A stretch of DNA of 24,000 bases from the NCBI RefSeq assembly GCF_040329475.1, contig NZ_JBDZYH010000013.1, forward strand, positions 18,896 through 42,895, read 5' to 3'. Shown piece by piece: positions 7,518 through 16,507 of this stretch (position 1 is the stretch's first letter; every line of letters begins with the position of its first letter). Below the pieces are notes generated by a model. The model was not told where the DNA came from, did no database searches, and saw only the letters and a program-made list of their open reading frames with translations. The position numbers were made by a program, and so were the translations under genes. Source of the DNA: Roseibium sp. SCP14 (GTDB lineage: Bacteria; Pseudomonadota; Alphaproteobacteria; Rhizobiales; Stappiaceae).

Positions 7518-9053
7518 ATGCCAATTGAAAATCCGACCCTCCGCCACATCGTCAACGATCCCACGCTGAGCTTCGCGCAAAAGGCACGTGCCCTTTCGCT
7601 TGAAGCGGAGAATTCTCTGGACTATCCGTCGATCGATGACGAAACGCGCGCCGCACTGGAGGCGCGGGTGATCTGTGACATGTATGAAGGCCACGCCCCT
7701 TACAAGCCGCGTTACGTTCTTCCGGACTATGAGGTCGTTCTGAAAAACGGCAGCGAATGGTTGGAGTTGCCGCCGCCGCAGACGCTTGATGAGGCAATCA
7801 ACACGCTGATGATTGCCTATCACCATGTGCCCTCGGTAACGGCGATGCCGGTTTTTATCGGTCATCTGGACAATTTGCTGTTGCCCTTTTGCGATGGGGT
7901 ATCGGACGACGCGCTGTATCAAAAGATCAAACTGTTCTGGCGATACCTGGACCGGGTACTGCCCGACGCCTTCATGCATGCCAACATCGGCCCGACAGAC
8001 AACCGCGTTGCCCGGGCAATCCTGCGTGTTGATGCCGAACTCAAGCAAATTGCCCCCAATCTGACCTTCTCCTACGATCCGGAAATCAGCGGCGATGACA
8101 TATTGCAACTGGCGGCTGAAAACATAACGAAGTGCTCAAAGCCCCATATCGCCAACCATCCCTTGCACCGGCAAGTGTTCGGTGAGCGCGGCTACGGCAT
8201 TGTCAGCTGCTACAATGCACTACCGGTTTGTGGTGGAGCCTCAACCCTGACGCGGGTGAACCTCGCCGCCGTGGCTGAGCGATCGGCGGGCCTGAACGAT
8301 TTTCTGACAAACAAGTTGCCCTTTTATGTCGACCTGAATTTCCGGCTGACTGAGGCGCGGATCGATTACCTGTTCAATCAGTCCGGTTTCTTTGACAGCT
8401 TTCTTGTGACCGAAGGCTGGGTTGACGAGACACGCTTCACCGCGATGTTCGGCATCTTCGCTATGGCTGAGGCCGTGAATATCCTGCAGGACAAGGCAGG
8501 TGCCCAAGGGCGTTACGGTCATGCTCCGGAAGCAAACGCCATCGGCCACGAGATTTCCAGGCAGCTGGAACAGCTGGTGGGTGCGCACGAGCTGAAAAAT
8601 GTCTGGCATGGAAGGGCGATGCTGCATTCTCAAGCAGGTTTGTCGACCGATACAGGGCTTACGCCGGGTGTGCGCATTCCCTACGGTACTGAACCTGACC
8701 CGGTTTCTCACATACTGGCACTGGCACCTCATCACCGGCACTATGCCTCCGGCGTCAGTGAAATCCTGACGCTCGACGAGACCGTCAAGGCAAATCCGAA
8801 TGCCGTCGTTGATTTGTGCAAGGGTGCCTTTGCCAGGGGTTTTCGGGAGTTTACCGCAAATGTCGGTGGCAATGACCTGGTTCGCGTGACCGGCTACATG
8901 ATCCGCCTGACCGACATTGAGAAATTCAATGCGGAGGCCGGTTCGCGGACAAATACGACGGCGCTAGGAGCGGAAGCTGCCGACTGCACGTCGATCCTGA
9001 AACGCAAACTGCGGGTCGTTGCCAGTGAACTCCTTGCGGGCACAAATCAGTAA
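7518..9053 (+). CDS. yjjI: Predicted glycyl-radical enzyme, YjjI/HI0521 family (DUF3029-type)
   Basis: About 511 aa from the ATG at 7518, with GAGGGG RBS at 7506-7511; the track start at 7473 is a TTG. A glycyl-radical-like core 'VRVTGYMI' has its Gly codon at 8892-8894, about 52 aa from the C-terminus. A candidate thiyl-Cys loop 'SCYNALPVCGGAS' has its Cys codon at 8229-8231. A YjjW-type activase follows immediately. Size and gene pairing match the YjjI/YjjW pair of E. coli as I know it. Confidence 0.78.
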   Translation: MPIENPTLRHIVNDPTLSFAQKARALSLEAENSLDYPSIDDETRAALEARVICDMYEGHAPYKPRYVLPDYEVVLKNGSEWLELPPPQTLDEAINTLMIAYHHVPSVTAMPVFIGHLDNLLLPFCDGVSDDALYQKIKLFWRYLDRVLPDAFMHANIGPTDNRVARAILRVDAELKQIAPNLTFSYDPEISGDDILQLAAENITKCSKPHIANHPLHRQVFGERGYGIVSCYNALPVCGGASTLTRVNLAAVAERSAGLNDFLTNKLPFYVDLNFRLTEARIDYLFNQSGFFDSFLVTEGWVDETRFTAMFGIFAMAEAVNILQDKAGAQGRYGHAPEANAIGHEISRQLEQLVGAHELKNVWHGRAMLHSQAGLSTDTGLTPGVRIPYGTEPDPVSHILALAPHHRHYASGVSEILTLDETVKANPNAVVDLCKGAFARGFREFTANVGGNDLVRVTGYMIRLTDIEKFNAEAGSRTNTTALGAEAADCTSILKRKLRVVASELLAGTNQ

Positions 9054-9888
9054 GATCCTGACCTGGTCCTGCGTCGACGGACCGGGCAATCGGATGGTCC
9101 TTTTCATGCAGGGGTGCAATTTCAACTGCGCCACCTGCCACAATCCGCATACGATCGGTCAATGTGACAGTTGCGGCGAGTGCCTGCCCGTTTGTGAGCC
9201 GAAAGCTCTGTCGCTGGTGGACGGAAGGATTGCATTCGAGCCGTCCGTCTGCACGCAATGTGACGCCTGCTTGGACGTTTGCCCGATCAGCGCCAATCCA
9301 ATGGTTCGCAGTTACACCGTTCAGGAGATCCTGGATCTGCTTCATGAGCATGCCGGGTTTCTGTCCGGCATCACCATCTCGGGCGGTGAAGCAACGCTGC
9401 AATTGCCCTTTATCCGCAGCCTCTTCTCGGCGATGGGAGAGGATGTAGACCTGCGCCATCTCACGCGCTTCATCGACAGCAACGGGCATCTTGGACCTGT
9501 TGCCTGGAAGTCGGTTTTGGAGGTTACCGACGGCGTTCTTCTCGACATAAAGGCGTTTGATCCAGAGCTGCACGTTCATTTGACGGAAAGATCAAATGCC
9601 AGAAGCCTCGCAAGCGCGCGGCTCTTGCACGAGGCCGGAAAGCTGTATGAATTGCGTTTTCTGATGGTTCCGGATGCGACAGACCGTGACGAGGAAATCG
9701 ACAGTCTGATCAAATTTGTTCAGTCGCTTGATGGTCCGGTGCGATTGAAGCTGAACGCCTTTCGCACCCATGGGGTTCGTGGTGCGGCTGCACAGTGGCC
9801 GGCCATGAAGAAAAAGCGTGTGGAGGCGGCTGCGGAGCGACTGGTGCATGCGGGGCTTGGTCCCGTTGAACTGCCTGCCCTCTGGTAA
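9019..9888 (+). CDS. yjjW: Glycyl-radical enzyme activating protein, YjjW family (radical SAM)
   Basis: 'WSCVDGPGNRMVLFMQGCNFNCATCHNP' contains the activase VDGPG motif and the radical-SAM CX3CX2C (9115-9138). Two ferredoxin-like CX2CX2CX3C motifs are present (9163-9195 and 9250-9282). 'ISGGEATLQ' is the SAM-binding GGE motif. Only non-ATG starts are compatible with these motifs (TTG 9019, GTG 9025, TTG 9034), and all overlap the yjjI 3' end. Confidence 0.85.
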   Translation: MPVNSLRAQISKILTWSCVDGPGNRMVLFMQGCNFNCATCHNPHTIGQCDSCGECLPVCEPKALSLVDGRIAFEPSVCTQCDACLDVCPISANPMVRSYTVQEILDLLHEHAGFLSGITISGGEATLQLPFIRSLFSAMGEDVDLRHLTRFIDSNGHLGPVAWKSVLEVTDGVLLDIKAFDPELHVHLTERSNARSLASARLLHEAGKLYELRFLMVPDATDRDEEIDSLIKFVQSLDGPVRLKLNAFRTHGVRGAAAQWPAMKKKRVEAAAERLVHAGLGPVELPALW

Positions 9889-9919
9889 CTGGCTGTACGG
9901 TAACAGACGGTGCGATGTT

Positions 9920-10900
9920 TCAATCGCAAAAGATTGCGGCAAATACCCTGTCGTAGATTGCCTCGACAAGCGCTGCTTCCTCGGTCCCCTGGCGGGCGAG
10001 ATTGCTGAGACCCGGCGCGGCATTCACCTCCAGAACAACGGCTTCGTTTTCTGAAGATAAGCCGTCGGGAACGATCATGTCGACGCCGGCATATCTAAGC
10101 GACAGGATATCCGCCGCTTGCTGCGCGGTTGCAAGAATTTCCGGGGCTAATTCAGGCGTGACGATCCTGGCAGTTCCCCCGCAAGACAGGTTGGTCACCG
10201 GCAGCAGCGTCACTTCCTGTCCGTTTTCGGGCACGCTTTCCAGATCCAGCCGCTGGGCGGCCAGTTCCCGGATAATACGGCTATCAGATACCGGCAGTTT
10301 CGCATGGGTTGCCAGCAGTTCCGCCAAGTTTTGTGTACCGTTGCCGAAAATGACGGGACGCTTTCGCTCGATGGCGCAAAGCACTTCACCGTCAAGAACG
10401 ACGACGCGAAGCTCCCGTCCACGGATTTCCGGCTGCACGAGCAAATGTTCGTGGTTTTTGGCGAGACATTGCAGCGCGGATCCAAGGGTGTCGAGCGTGT
10501 CGACCCGCATGACACCCTGGCCTTCCTGACCGATGTTCGGTTTCACGAAGAGCGGAAACCGCTTTTCCTCGGTGAAGGTCAGAAGGTCGTCGTCGATGGG
10601 CGTGTTGTCGCTGATCTTATCGCTGAAGACAAAATGGCTGTCGGGAACGCTTATGCCGGCCTCGGCAAGGAACCTGGCTGCATAAGCCTTGTCGTTGGCG
10701 ATCTCCGACGCGCCGAGCCCATTCAGGTCGAACCGGGTGCCTTTGAAATACCAGCGTTTGCCCGCCGGGCTCTCGACCATGCCGGCGTGGCCATAAGGAT
10801 CGCCGGCGGACAGGCGTAGGCCCCTCCGGGCGCAGAAGCGTTCAAGCAATTGAAAAACGAGGGACCGGCTGCCCGGATCCCCCGCGTCAAACGAGCCCAT
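9920..10900 (-). CDS. ATP-grasp domain ligase (RimK / cyanophycin-synthetase-N-terminal-like), substrate unknown
   Basis: ATP-grasp hallmarks: 'FPLFVKPNIGQEGQGVMRV' (ATP-binding Lys and Gly-rich loop), 'LLVQPEIRGRELRVVVLDGEVL', and 'YAGVDMIV...VVLEVNAAPGL' (Mg/ATP-binding Asp/Glu-Asn). I prefer the ATG at 10900 (MGSFDAGDPG). The track start at 10909 is a TTG that would overlap the lolA stop by 4 nt. Confidence 0.75.
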   Translation of the reverse strand: MGSFDAGDPGSRSLVFQLLERFCARRGLRLSAGDPYGHAGMVESPAGKRWYFKGTRFDLNGLGASEIANDKAYAARFLAEAGISVPDSHFVFSDKISDNTPIDDDLLTFTEEKRFPLFVKPNIGQEGQGVMRVDTLDTLGSALQCLAKNHEHLLVQPEIRGRELRVVVLDGEVLCAIERKRPVIFGNGTQNLAELLATHAKLPVSDSRIIRELAAQRLDLESVPENGQEVTLLPVTNLSCGGTARIVTPELAPEILATAQQAADILSLRYAGVDMIVPDGLSSENEAVVLEVNAAPGLSNLARQGTEEAALVEAIYDRVFAAIFCD

Positions 10901-10905
10901 TCGGG

Positions 10906-11553
10906 TCAATTCTTGCCTTGCCGTGCGTTGGCCAGATAATCGATCTTGAACAGGTCCGGATTGGTCGGACCGTTGGAGACCACGTTATAGACCGCTACAG
11001 ACGTGTCGTAGCCCTGCTGGTCGGTCACGGTCCACTGCTTGAGCGCATAGTCCTTGGCGTCGAAGATCAGTGTCAGCGTGCCGGAATTGAACTTCGTCTT
11101 GTCGAAGATGGTTACGGTAATCAGATCCGATTCAACCAGAACATTGGTGACGTTGGTATCCTTCTGGAGATCAATCGTATCGGACAGAAGGAAGCGCAGC
11201 GGGGTCTGGCCAAGTGGCCAGATGTCCTGAGTGTTGAGTTTGCGGTCGCGAACGGAAACGGACTTGCCGTCCGCAACGATGTCCAGCACCGAAGGCTTGT
11301 TGTAATAGAAGCGGACCTTGCCGGGACGGGCCATGTAGAACTTGCCGTCAGACTGGCTGCCGTCTGGGCCGAACTGAATGAAGTCTCCGTGCATGGTCTT
11401 CACGGAGTTGAAATAGCTGTTCAGGTCCTTGAGGGCTTTTTGCTCGTTTTCCGTCAGCGCGTGCGCGGGAGCAAGAGCGGCTACGGCAATGGCTGCGGCA
11501 AGAAGCGGGCGCGTAACGTGCCTTGCCAGTTTGTGAGCGAAATGTTTCAGCAT
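10906..11553 (-). CDS. lolA: Outer-membrane lipoprotein carrier protein LolA
   Basis: 215 aa from the ATG at 11553 (MLKHFAHKLARHVTRPLLAAAIAVAALAPAHA|L, a Sec signal peptide). 'LNSYFNSVKTMHGDFIQ...GKFYMARPGKVRFYYNKP' is the typical LolA fold signature. It sits downstream of ftsK, as is common in proteobacteria. Confidence 0.85.
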   Translation of the reverse strand: MLKHFAHKLARHVTRPLLAAAIAVAALAPAHALTENEQKALKDLNSYFNSVKTMHGDFIQFGPDGSQSDGKFYMARPGKVRFYYNKPSVLDIVADGKSVSVRDRKLNTQDIWPLGQTPLRFLLSDTIDLQKDTNVTNVLVESDLITVTIFDKTKFNSGTLTLIFDAKDYALKQWTVTDQQGYDTSVAVYNVVSNGPTNPDLFKIDYLANARQGKN

Positions 11554-11702
11554 GTTGCAATGTCCCAATTCGTTAATGCCGTGGAGCTTTTGCCTTAGCT
11601 AGGTACTGTGTGTGGCAAAGCTTGGGCACGCTAAGCTACGGACGTGGAAATCGATCTTCAGAACACTTGGAAAATGCGATTTCGTCAGCCCGTATCCTAA
11701 CA

Positions 11703-14459
11703 TCAAAATTCTTCCTCGACCCCATTTTGCACGAGAATTTCTCGTTTCCCGGCATGGTTTGCCGGGCTGATAAGGCCTTCCTGCTCCATGCGCTCGATCA
11801 ATGAAGCGGCACGGTTGTAGCCGATTGACAGGCGGCGCTGGACATAGGAAGTCGACGCCTTCTTGTCACGCAGCACGATGGCGACGGCCTTGTCGTAAAG
11901 GTCGTTGCCTTCACCGCCCCCGGCAAGTCCACCGTCATAGGGGCTCTCGGCTTCCTCTTCCTCTTCGGTGACTGCTTCCAGGTATTGGGGTGTGCCCTGA
12001 ACTTTCAGGTGCTTGACGATATCCTCAACCTCGTCATCCGAAACAAACGGACCATGGACACGCTGGATGCGGCCGCCGCCGGCCATGAACAGCATGTCAC
12101 CCATGCCAAGCAATTGTTCCGCACCCATTTCACCCAGGATGGTCCGGCTGTCGATCTTGGACGTCACCTGGAACGAAATACGGGTCGGGAAGTTCGCCTT
12201 GATGGTACCGGTGATGACGTCCACTGACGGGCGCTGGGTCGCCATGATGAGGTGAATACCGGCAGCACGCGCCATCTGCGCCAGACGCTGGATCGCGCCT
12301 TCGATGTCCTTGCCGGCAACCATCATGAGGTCTGCCATCTCATCGACGATCACGACGATGTACGGCATTGCCTCGAGCGGCAGTTCCTCTTCCTCGTAGA
12401 TCGGCTGGCCGGTGTCCCGGTCGAAGCCGGTCTGAACTGTGCGTGTGAAGCTCTCGCCCTTTTCAAGGGCCTGCTTGATGCGGGTGTTGTAACCGTCAAT
12501 GTTGCGGACGCCCATCTTGGACATCTTCTTGTAACGGTCCTCCATTTCCCGGACCGTCCATTTCAACGCGACAACCGCCTTTTTCGGGTCGGTTACCACC
12601 GGTGTCAGCAGGTGCGGGATGCCGTCGTAGATGGAGAGTTCCAGCATTTTCGGATCGATCATGATCATCTTGCACTGCTCCGGCGTCAGCCGGTAAAGCA
12701 ACGACAGGATCATGGTGTTGATCGAAACGGATTTACCCGAACCGGTCGTACCTGCGACCAGCAAGTGCGGCATGCGGGCCAGGTCGGCAACAACGCTTTC
12801 GCCATTGATGGTCTTGCCGAGTGCCAGTGCCAGCTTGGCCTTGGCCTTTTCAAAGTCCTGCGCCGCCAGCAGTTCACGGAGATACACGGTTTCGCGGCGC
12901 GCATTCGGCAGTTCGATGCCGATCGCGTTCTTGCCCGGAATGACTGCAACACGGGCGGATATCGCGCTCATGGAGCGGGCGATATCATCCGCGAGGCCGA
13001 TAACCCGCGAAGACTTGATGCCCGGTGCCGGCTCGAGTTCATAGAGTGTGACCACCGGTCCGGGGCGAACTTCGATGATTTCGCCGCGCACGCCGAAATC
13101 CTCCAGAACGCCTTCAAGGATGCGGGCATTCTGCTCAAGGGCGTCGGCCGACAGGCCCGGAACCTTTCCGGCGACCTTCGGTTCAGCCAGAAGGCGAAGC
13201 GGTGGCAGTTCGTACTCTTCCGGCGCGCCAAGGAAAGACGGCTGCGCTTCTTCGATGGCCCGCTTGCTTTGCTTCGGACGTGGAGCCTGTGGGATTACCC
13301 GACCCGCTTGTGGGGCAGGCGTCGCCATCTGTTCCTGCTGCCTTGGATCCGGTTCCGGAGCCGCGATACCGACCGGGACAGCAGGCCGGCCGGTGACCGG
13401 ACCCTTGTCTATCATGAGCTCATCCGGCTCGAAGGACTCGCCTTCCTCGCCATAAGGGTCCTCGGCGTACATATCTTCAGGCTCTTCGGGGTCCTGATCG
13501 CGGCCGCGGTCATAGAACTCGTCCAGGCCATCGTCGTCTTCAGGCATCAACCGGCCGGCAAGCGCCCGTCGAAAGGCATTCAGGCGGCCGCCCTGCGGTT
13601 TGTCCTCCGGCTCATGGTCGCCGTCATGCTCCTCGTCTTCCCAGACCTCCTCTTCCGGCACCCTGGAGCGCTTGAGGCCGGTCAGCCGGCGAATCTGTGC
13701 TGCGGACTGAAGTCCCCAATGCCCGACCTGTCCGACCAGAGCCGTGGTGAGCATGGACAGGCGGGATTCGCCCTCGTCTTCTTCCAGTCCGAGCTCTTCC
13801 TCGATCGACTTGCCATGACCCTTGGGTGTGCGTGCAGGCTCGAGACGTTCGGAAATCTGATTTTTTGCGCCAAGCCAGCCGGCGGCGGCAAGAAGGAACA
13901 GGATGGCTGGAACGCCGAGGCCGAGACCTCCGACAATTGTGGCCGCACCACTGGTCAGATTGGAGGTGATGAGTGCGGGTGCCTGATGGACCGTGTCACC
14001 GAAAAAGCCGCCCAGTCCTGTCGGCAGCGGCCAGCTTTCCGGCACGGGCAAGGCTGCAAGCGCGCCGGCGGCAAGGCAAGACCCGATAACCCAGAAAACA
14101 AGACGTTTGCGGCCAATGCCCAGAGCGTTGCCGGTAAGAAGCCGCCAGCCCCACAGGACAAGCGGGATCAGGAAGACGGCGGTGGCAAGACCGATGGTCT
14201 GCATGAGCACGTCGGCGACAACGGCACCCGGCGCGCCGAGGGCATTTCGAACCGGTCCGCTCGTCGCGTGATTGAGGCTTGGATCGCCGACCGACCAGGT
14301 TGCCAGACTTGCAGCGAGCATTGCTGCAAGGGCGATGATACCCAGTCCGGCAGCGCCGACCAGATTGCGTCTCAGGAAACGCTTAATCGGGCTTTCGGTA
14401 TCCAGCAGATCCACAGAGGACCGGCGACCGTTGCCGCGAACTGCGCTGGCCCGTCTCAT
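11703..14459 (-). CDS. ftsK: DNA translocase FtsK
   Basis: 918 aa. It has N-terminal TM helices and an acidic/Pro-rich linker. The motor domain carries Walker A 'GTTGSGKS' and Walker B '[13 protein letters not shown]'. The C-terminal gamma wHTH is '[39 protein letters not shown]'. Confidence 0.95.
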   Translation of the reverse strand: MRRASAVRGNGRRSSVDLLDTESPIKRFLRRNLVGAAGLGIIALAAMLAASLATWSVGDPSLNHATSGPVRNALGAPGAVVADVLMQTIGLATAVFLIPLVLWGWRLLTGNALGIGRKRLVFWVIGSCLAAGALAALPVPESWPLPTGLGGFFGDTVHQAPALITSNLTSGAATIVGGLGLGVPAILFLLAAAGWLGAKNQISERLEPARTPKGHGKSIEEELGLEEDEGESRLSMLTTALVGQVGHWGLQSAAQIRRLTGLKRSRVPEEEVWEDEEHDGDHEPEDKPQGGRLNAFRRALAGRLMPEDDDGLDEFYDRGRDQDPEEPEDMYAEDPYGEEGESFEPDELMIDKGPVTGRPAVPVGIAAPEPDPRQQEQMATPAPQAGRVIPQAPRPKQSKRAIEEAQPSFLGAPEEYELPPLRLLAEPKVAGKVPGLSADALEQNARILEGVLEDFGVRGEIIEVRPGPVVTLYELEPAPGIKSSRVIGLADDIARSMSAISARVAVIPGKNAIGIELPNARRETVYLRELLAAQDFEKAKAKLALALGKTINGESVVADLARMPHLLVAGTTGSGKSVSINTMILSLLYRLTPEQCKMIMIDPKMLELSIYDGIPHLLTPVVTDPKKAVVALKWTVREMEDRYKKMSKMGVRNIDGYNTRIKQALEKGESFTRTVQTGFDRDTGQPIYEEEELPLEAMPYIVVIVDEMADLMMVAGKDIEGAIQRLAQMARAAGIHLIMATQRPSVDVITGTIKANFPTRISFQVTSKIDSRTILGEMGAEQLLGMGDMLFMAGGGRIQRVHGPFVSDDEVEDIVKHLKVQGTPQYLEAVTEEEEEAESPYDGGLAGGGEGNDLYDKAVAIVLRDKKASTSYVQRRLSIGYNRAASLIERMEQEGLISPANHAGKREILVQNGVEEEF

Positions 14460-15679
14460 GCTTTTTCTCCCAACCAGTTTGCCAAGCGTTCAAGCGCGAT
14501 TTCCGTCTGTTCGAGCGGTGCGCACAGACCGACGCGGATGTAGTTTCGACCGGGGTTGCTTCCATCGGACTGATCGGACGCCAGGAAGCTTCCCGGCAAT
14601 ACCTTGACGCCGATGTCGCGCCACAGATCCTTCGTCACGCTGACCGCGTTGCCCCATTTGGAAACGTTCAGCCACAGGAAGAACCCGGCTTCAGGTGTGA
14701 CCGGCCCCATGATCGGACCGAGAAGACGTTCCGCAGCCTCGAATTTTTCGTTGTACAGCCGTCGATTTTCCGCAACGTGCGTCTCATCCTGGTAAGCCCT
14801 GACCGCAACGGCCTGGGCAGGCAGTGGCACTTGCGGTGCCGCGAGACCACGGAACCGCACCCATTTGCGCAGGAACTCCGGATCACCGGCGGCAAATCCG
14901 CAACGCAATCCGGCGAGGTTCGACCGTTTGGAAAGCGAGTTCAGGACAATGATGTTGGCGAAATCAGTGCCCATGGCTTTTGCGGCCTGCAAGATGCCCG
15001 GGGGTGGCGTCTTTCGGTAGATTTCCGAATAGCATTCGTCTGCAAAAATGTAGAACCGGTGTTTTCTTGCCAGTGAAATCAACCGTTGCCAATAGGCGAT
15101 GTCGGCAACATAACCTTCCGGGTTCGTTGGTGAGGCGACGTAAAATGCGACCGTTCCGTCCAGCAGTTCAGCGTCGAGACCGTCCAGGTCGGGCAGGAAA
15201 TTGTTTTCGGCAGTCGCGTCGAGCAGAACCGCCTCGGCGTCCGCCACGTGCGCGGCAGCGGCATAGGTCTGATAGAACGGATTGGGCAGGATTACGGCCG
15301 GATGGTCGATCCCCTTGTCCAGCTGATCCCTTGCGGATATCGCGCCGAAGGAAAGGCCCTCACGGGAGCCGTTCAGCGGCAAGACACCGTGGTCCTTGTC
15401 GACCATTCCGTCCAGATCGTAGCGCTCGTCAAGCCAGGCGGCGATCGTTTCCCGGAACTCGGGCGATCCGGCAATGGGCGGATAGCGCCTGAAGCTTGCC
15501 ATGTTTTCCGCCAGAACTTCCGCGGTGAAGTCCGGAATGGCGTGCTGAGGTTCGCCAATTGTCATGATGATCGGGTCGAGACCCGCCGTCTCGCCGTCAA
15601 GAAGCTCGGCAAGGCGTTGAAAGGGATTTGAGCTCGGCAGAGCCGCGCCGCGCTGATAGGCTTTAGGGCTGGCAGTCAT
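14456..15679 (-). CDS. Class I/II pyridoxal-phosphate-dependent aminotransferase (DapC/AspC-like)
   Basis: About 407 aa from the ATG at 15679; the track start at 15682 is a TTG one codon upstream. '[16 protein letters not shown]' carries the PLP-lysine (S-x-S-K) motif. 'ASPTNPEG' is the class I aminotransferase N-P motif. The TGA stop overlaps the ftsK ATG (ATGA, 14456-14459). Confidence 0.85.
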   Translation of the reverse strand: MTASPKAYQRGAALPSSNPFQRLAELLDGETAGLDPIIMTIGEPQHAIPDFTAEVLAENMASFRRYPPIAGSPEFRETIAAWLDERYDLDGMVDKDHGVLPLNGSREGLSFGAISARDQLDKGIDHPAVILPNPFYQTYAAAAHVADAEAVLLDATAENNFLPDLDGLDAELLDGTVAFYVASPTNPEGYVADIAYWQRLISLARKHRFYIFADECYSEIYRKTPPPGILQAAKAMGTDFANIIVLNSLSKRSNLAGLRCGFAAGDPEFLRKWVRFRGLAAPQVPLPAQAVAVRAYQDETHVAENRRLYNEKFEAAERLLGPIMGPVTPEAGFFLWLNVSKWGNAVSVTKDLWRDIGVKVLPGSFLASDQSDGSNPGRNYIRVGLCAPLEQTEIALERLANWLGEKA

Positions 15680-15849
15680 CAATGATCCGGCGGTCGTTAC
15701 GCATAACTTTGACCCGACCCTATCGCCTCCTTGGTAAATCTCTTATTAACCAAGCGGGCAGGGGCGTGCATTTCCAGCGGATTGCCAGTCGTCCGGTTCT
15801 TGCCTAAATTTCCTTGCGGCTCTCTCTACTTGATTAGTAAGGATTTTTC

Positions 15850-16506
15850 ATGGCTGGCAGCAAAGATCCGATTTCTGTCGTTTGTTTTGGCGACTCTCTC
15901 ACGTGGGGCTTCAATCCGGTGGATATGTCCCGCTATGGCCACGACATCCGCTGGACACGGCTGCTGCAAAAGGATCTCGGACCCGATTTCTATGTGGTCG
16001 AAGAGGGCGTGAATGGCCGCACGACGGTCTTCGAAGACCCGGTCAAGGGCGACAAGAACGGGCTGGAACACCTTTTCACCGTTCGAAAGACCCATATGCC
16101 GATCGATGTCCTCATCATCATGCTGGGCACCAACGATCTGCAGGATCGGTTCGGCATGAACGCGGAAACAATCTCGATTGCCATCGGACGCTTGCTTTTC
16201 CTTGCAACCCAGCCGACCGATGACGTCGAAGGTCGGGCTCCGAAAGTGTTGTTGATGTCGCCGCCACCGCTCGGAGATCTCCAGGGGACGCCGTTCGAAT
16301 TGCAGTTCTCCAGTCGCAGCCAGGAAGAATCCACAAAGCTCGCCGACGCTTACCAGTGCAAAGCCGAAGAATATGGGGTCGCTTTCTTTGATACAGGCAC
16401 CGTGATTTCGGCCAGTCCGGTCGATGCCATTCATTTTGAGGCCGAACCACAGGCGGACCTGGCCAAGGCGATCGCCGTTGAAGTACGCAAACTGGTGGGG
16501 CGATAG
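15850..16506 (+). CDS. SGNH/GDSL hydrolase, arylesterase/acyltransferase (MsAcT-like)
   Basis: All four SGNH blocks are present: 'VCFGDSLTWG' (Ser nucleophile), 'EEGVNGRTT', 'IIMLGTNDL', 'VDAIHF' (Asp-x-x-His). It is collinear by eye with the Mycobacterium smegmatis acyltransferase/perhydrolase MsAcT. The TAAGGA RBS lies 7 nt upstream of the ATG. Confidence 0.85.
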   Translation: MAGSKDPISVVCFGDSLTWGFNPVDMSRYGHDIRWTRLLQKDLGPDFYVVEEGVNGRTTVFEDPVKGDKNGLEHLFTVRKTHMPIDVLIIMLGTNDLQDRFGMNAETISIAIGRLLFLATQPTDDVEGRAPKVLLMSPPPLGDLQGTPFELQFSSRSQEESTKLADAYQCKAEEYGVAFFDTGTVISASPVDAIHFEAEPQADLAKAIAVEVRKLVGR

Positions 16507-16507
16507 G

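Noticed and set aside
11569-11702. Imperfect inverted repeats (AGCTTTTGCC...GGCAAAGCTT; CTTAGC...GCTAAG) between ftsK and lolA
   Set aside because: The stems are short or bulged with long loops, and no T-run follows on the minus strand. The region is more simply read as the lolA promoter/leader, and I cannot support a specific RNA or terminator call.
13200-13850. Acidic/proline-rich low-complexity stretch with many overlapping short ORFs
   Set aside because: This is the expected variable linker between the FtsK membrane and motor domains. The overlapping ORFs are compositional artefacts.
12252-14543. 763-aa + strand ORF, the longest alternative ORF in the window
   Set aside because: It lies entirely antisense to ftsK, whose translation has unambiguous Walker A/B and gamma-domain motifs. 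The 763-aa product is Arg/Gly/Ala-rich low-complexity sequence with no recognisable motif. It is a typical shadow ORF of a GC-rich gene.
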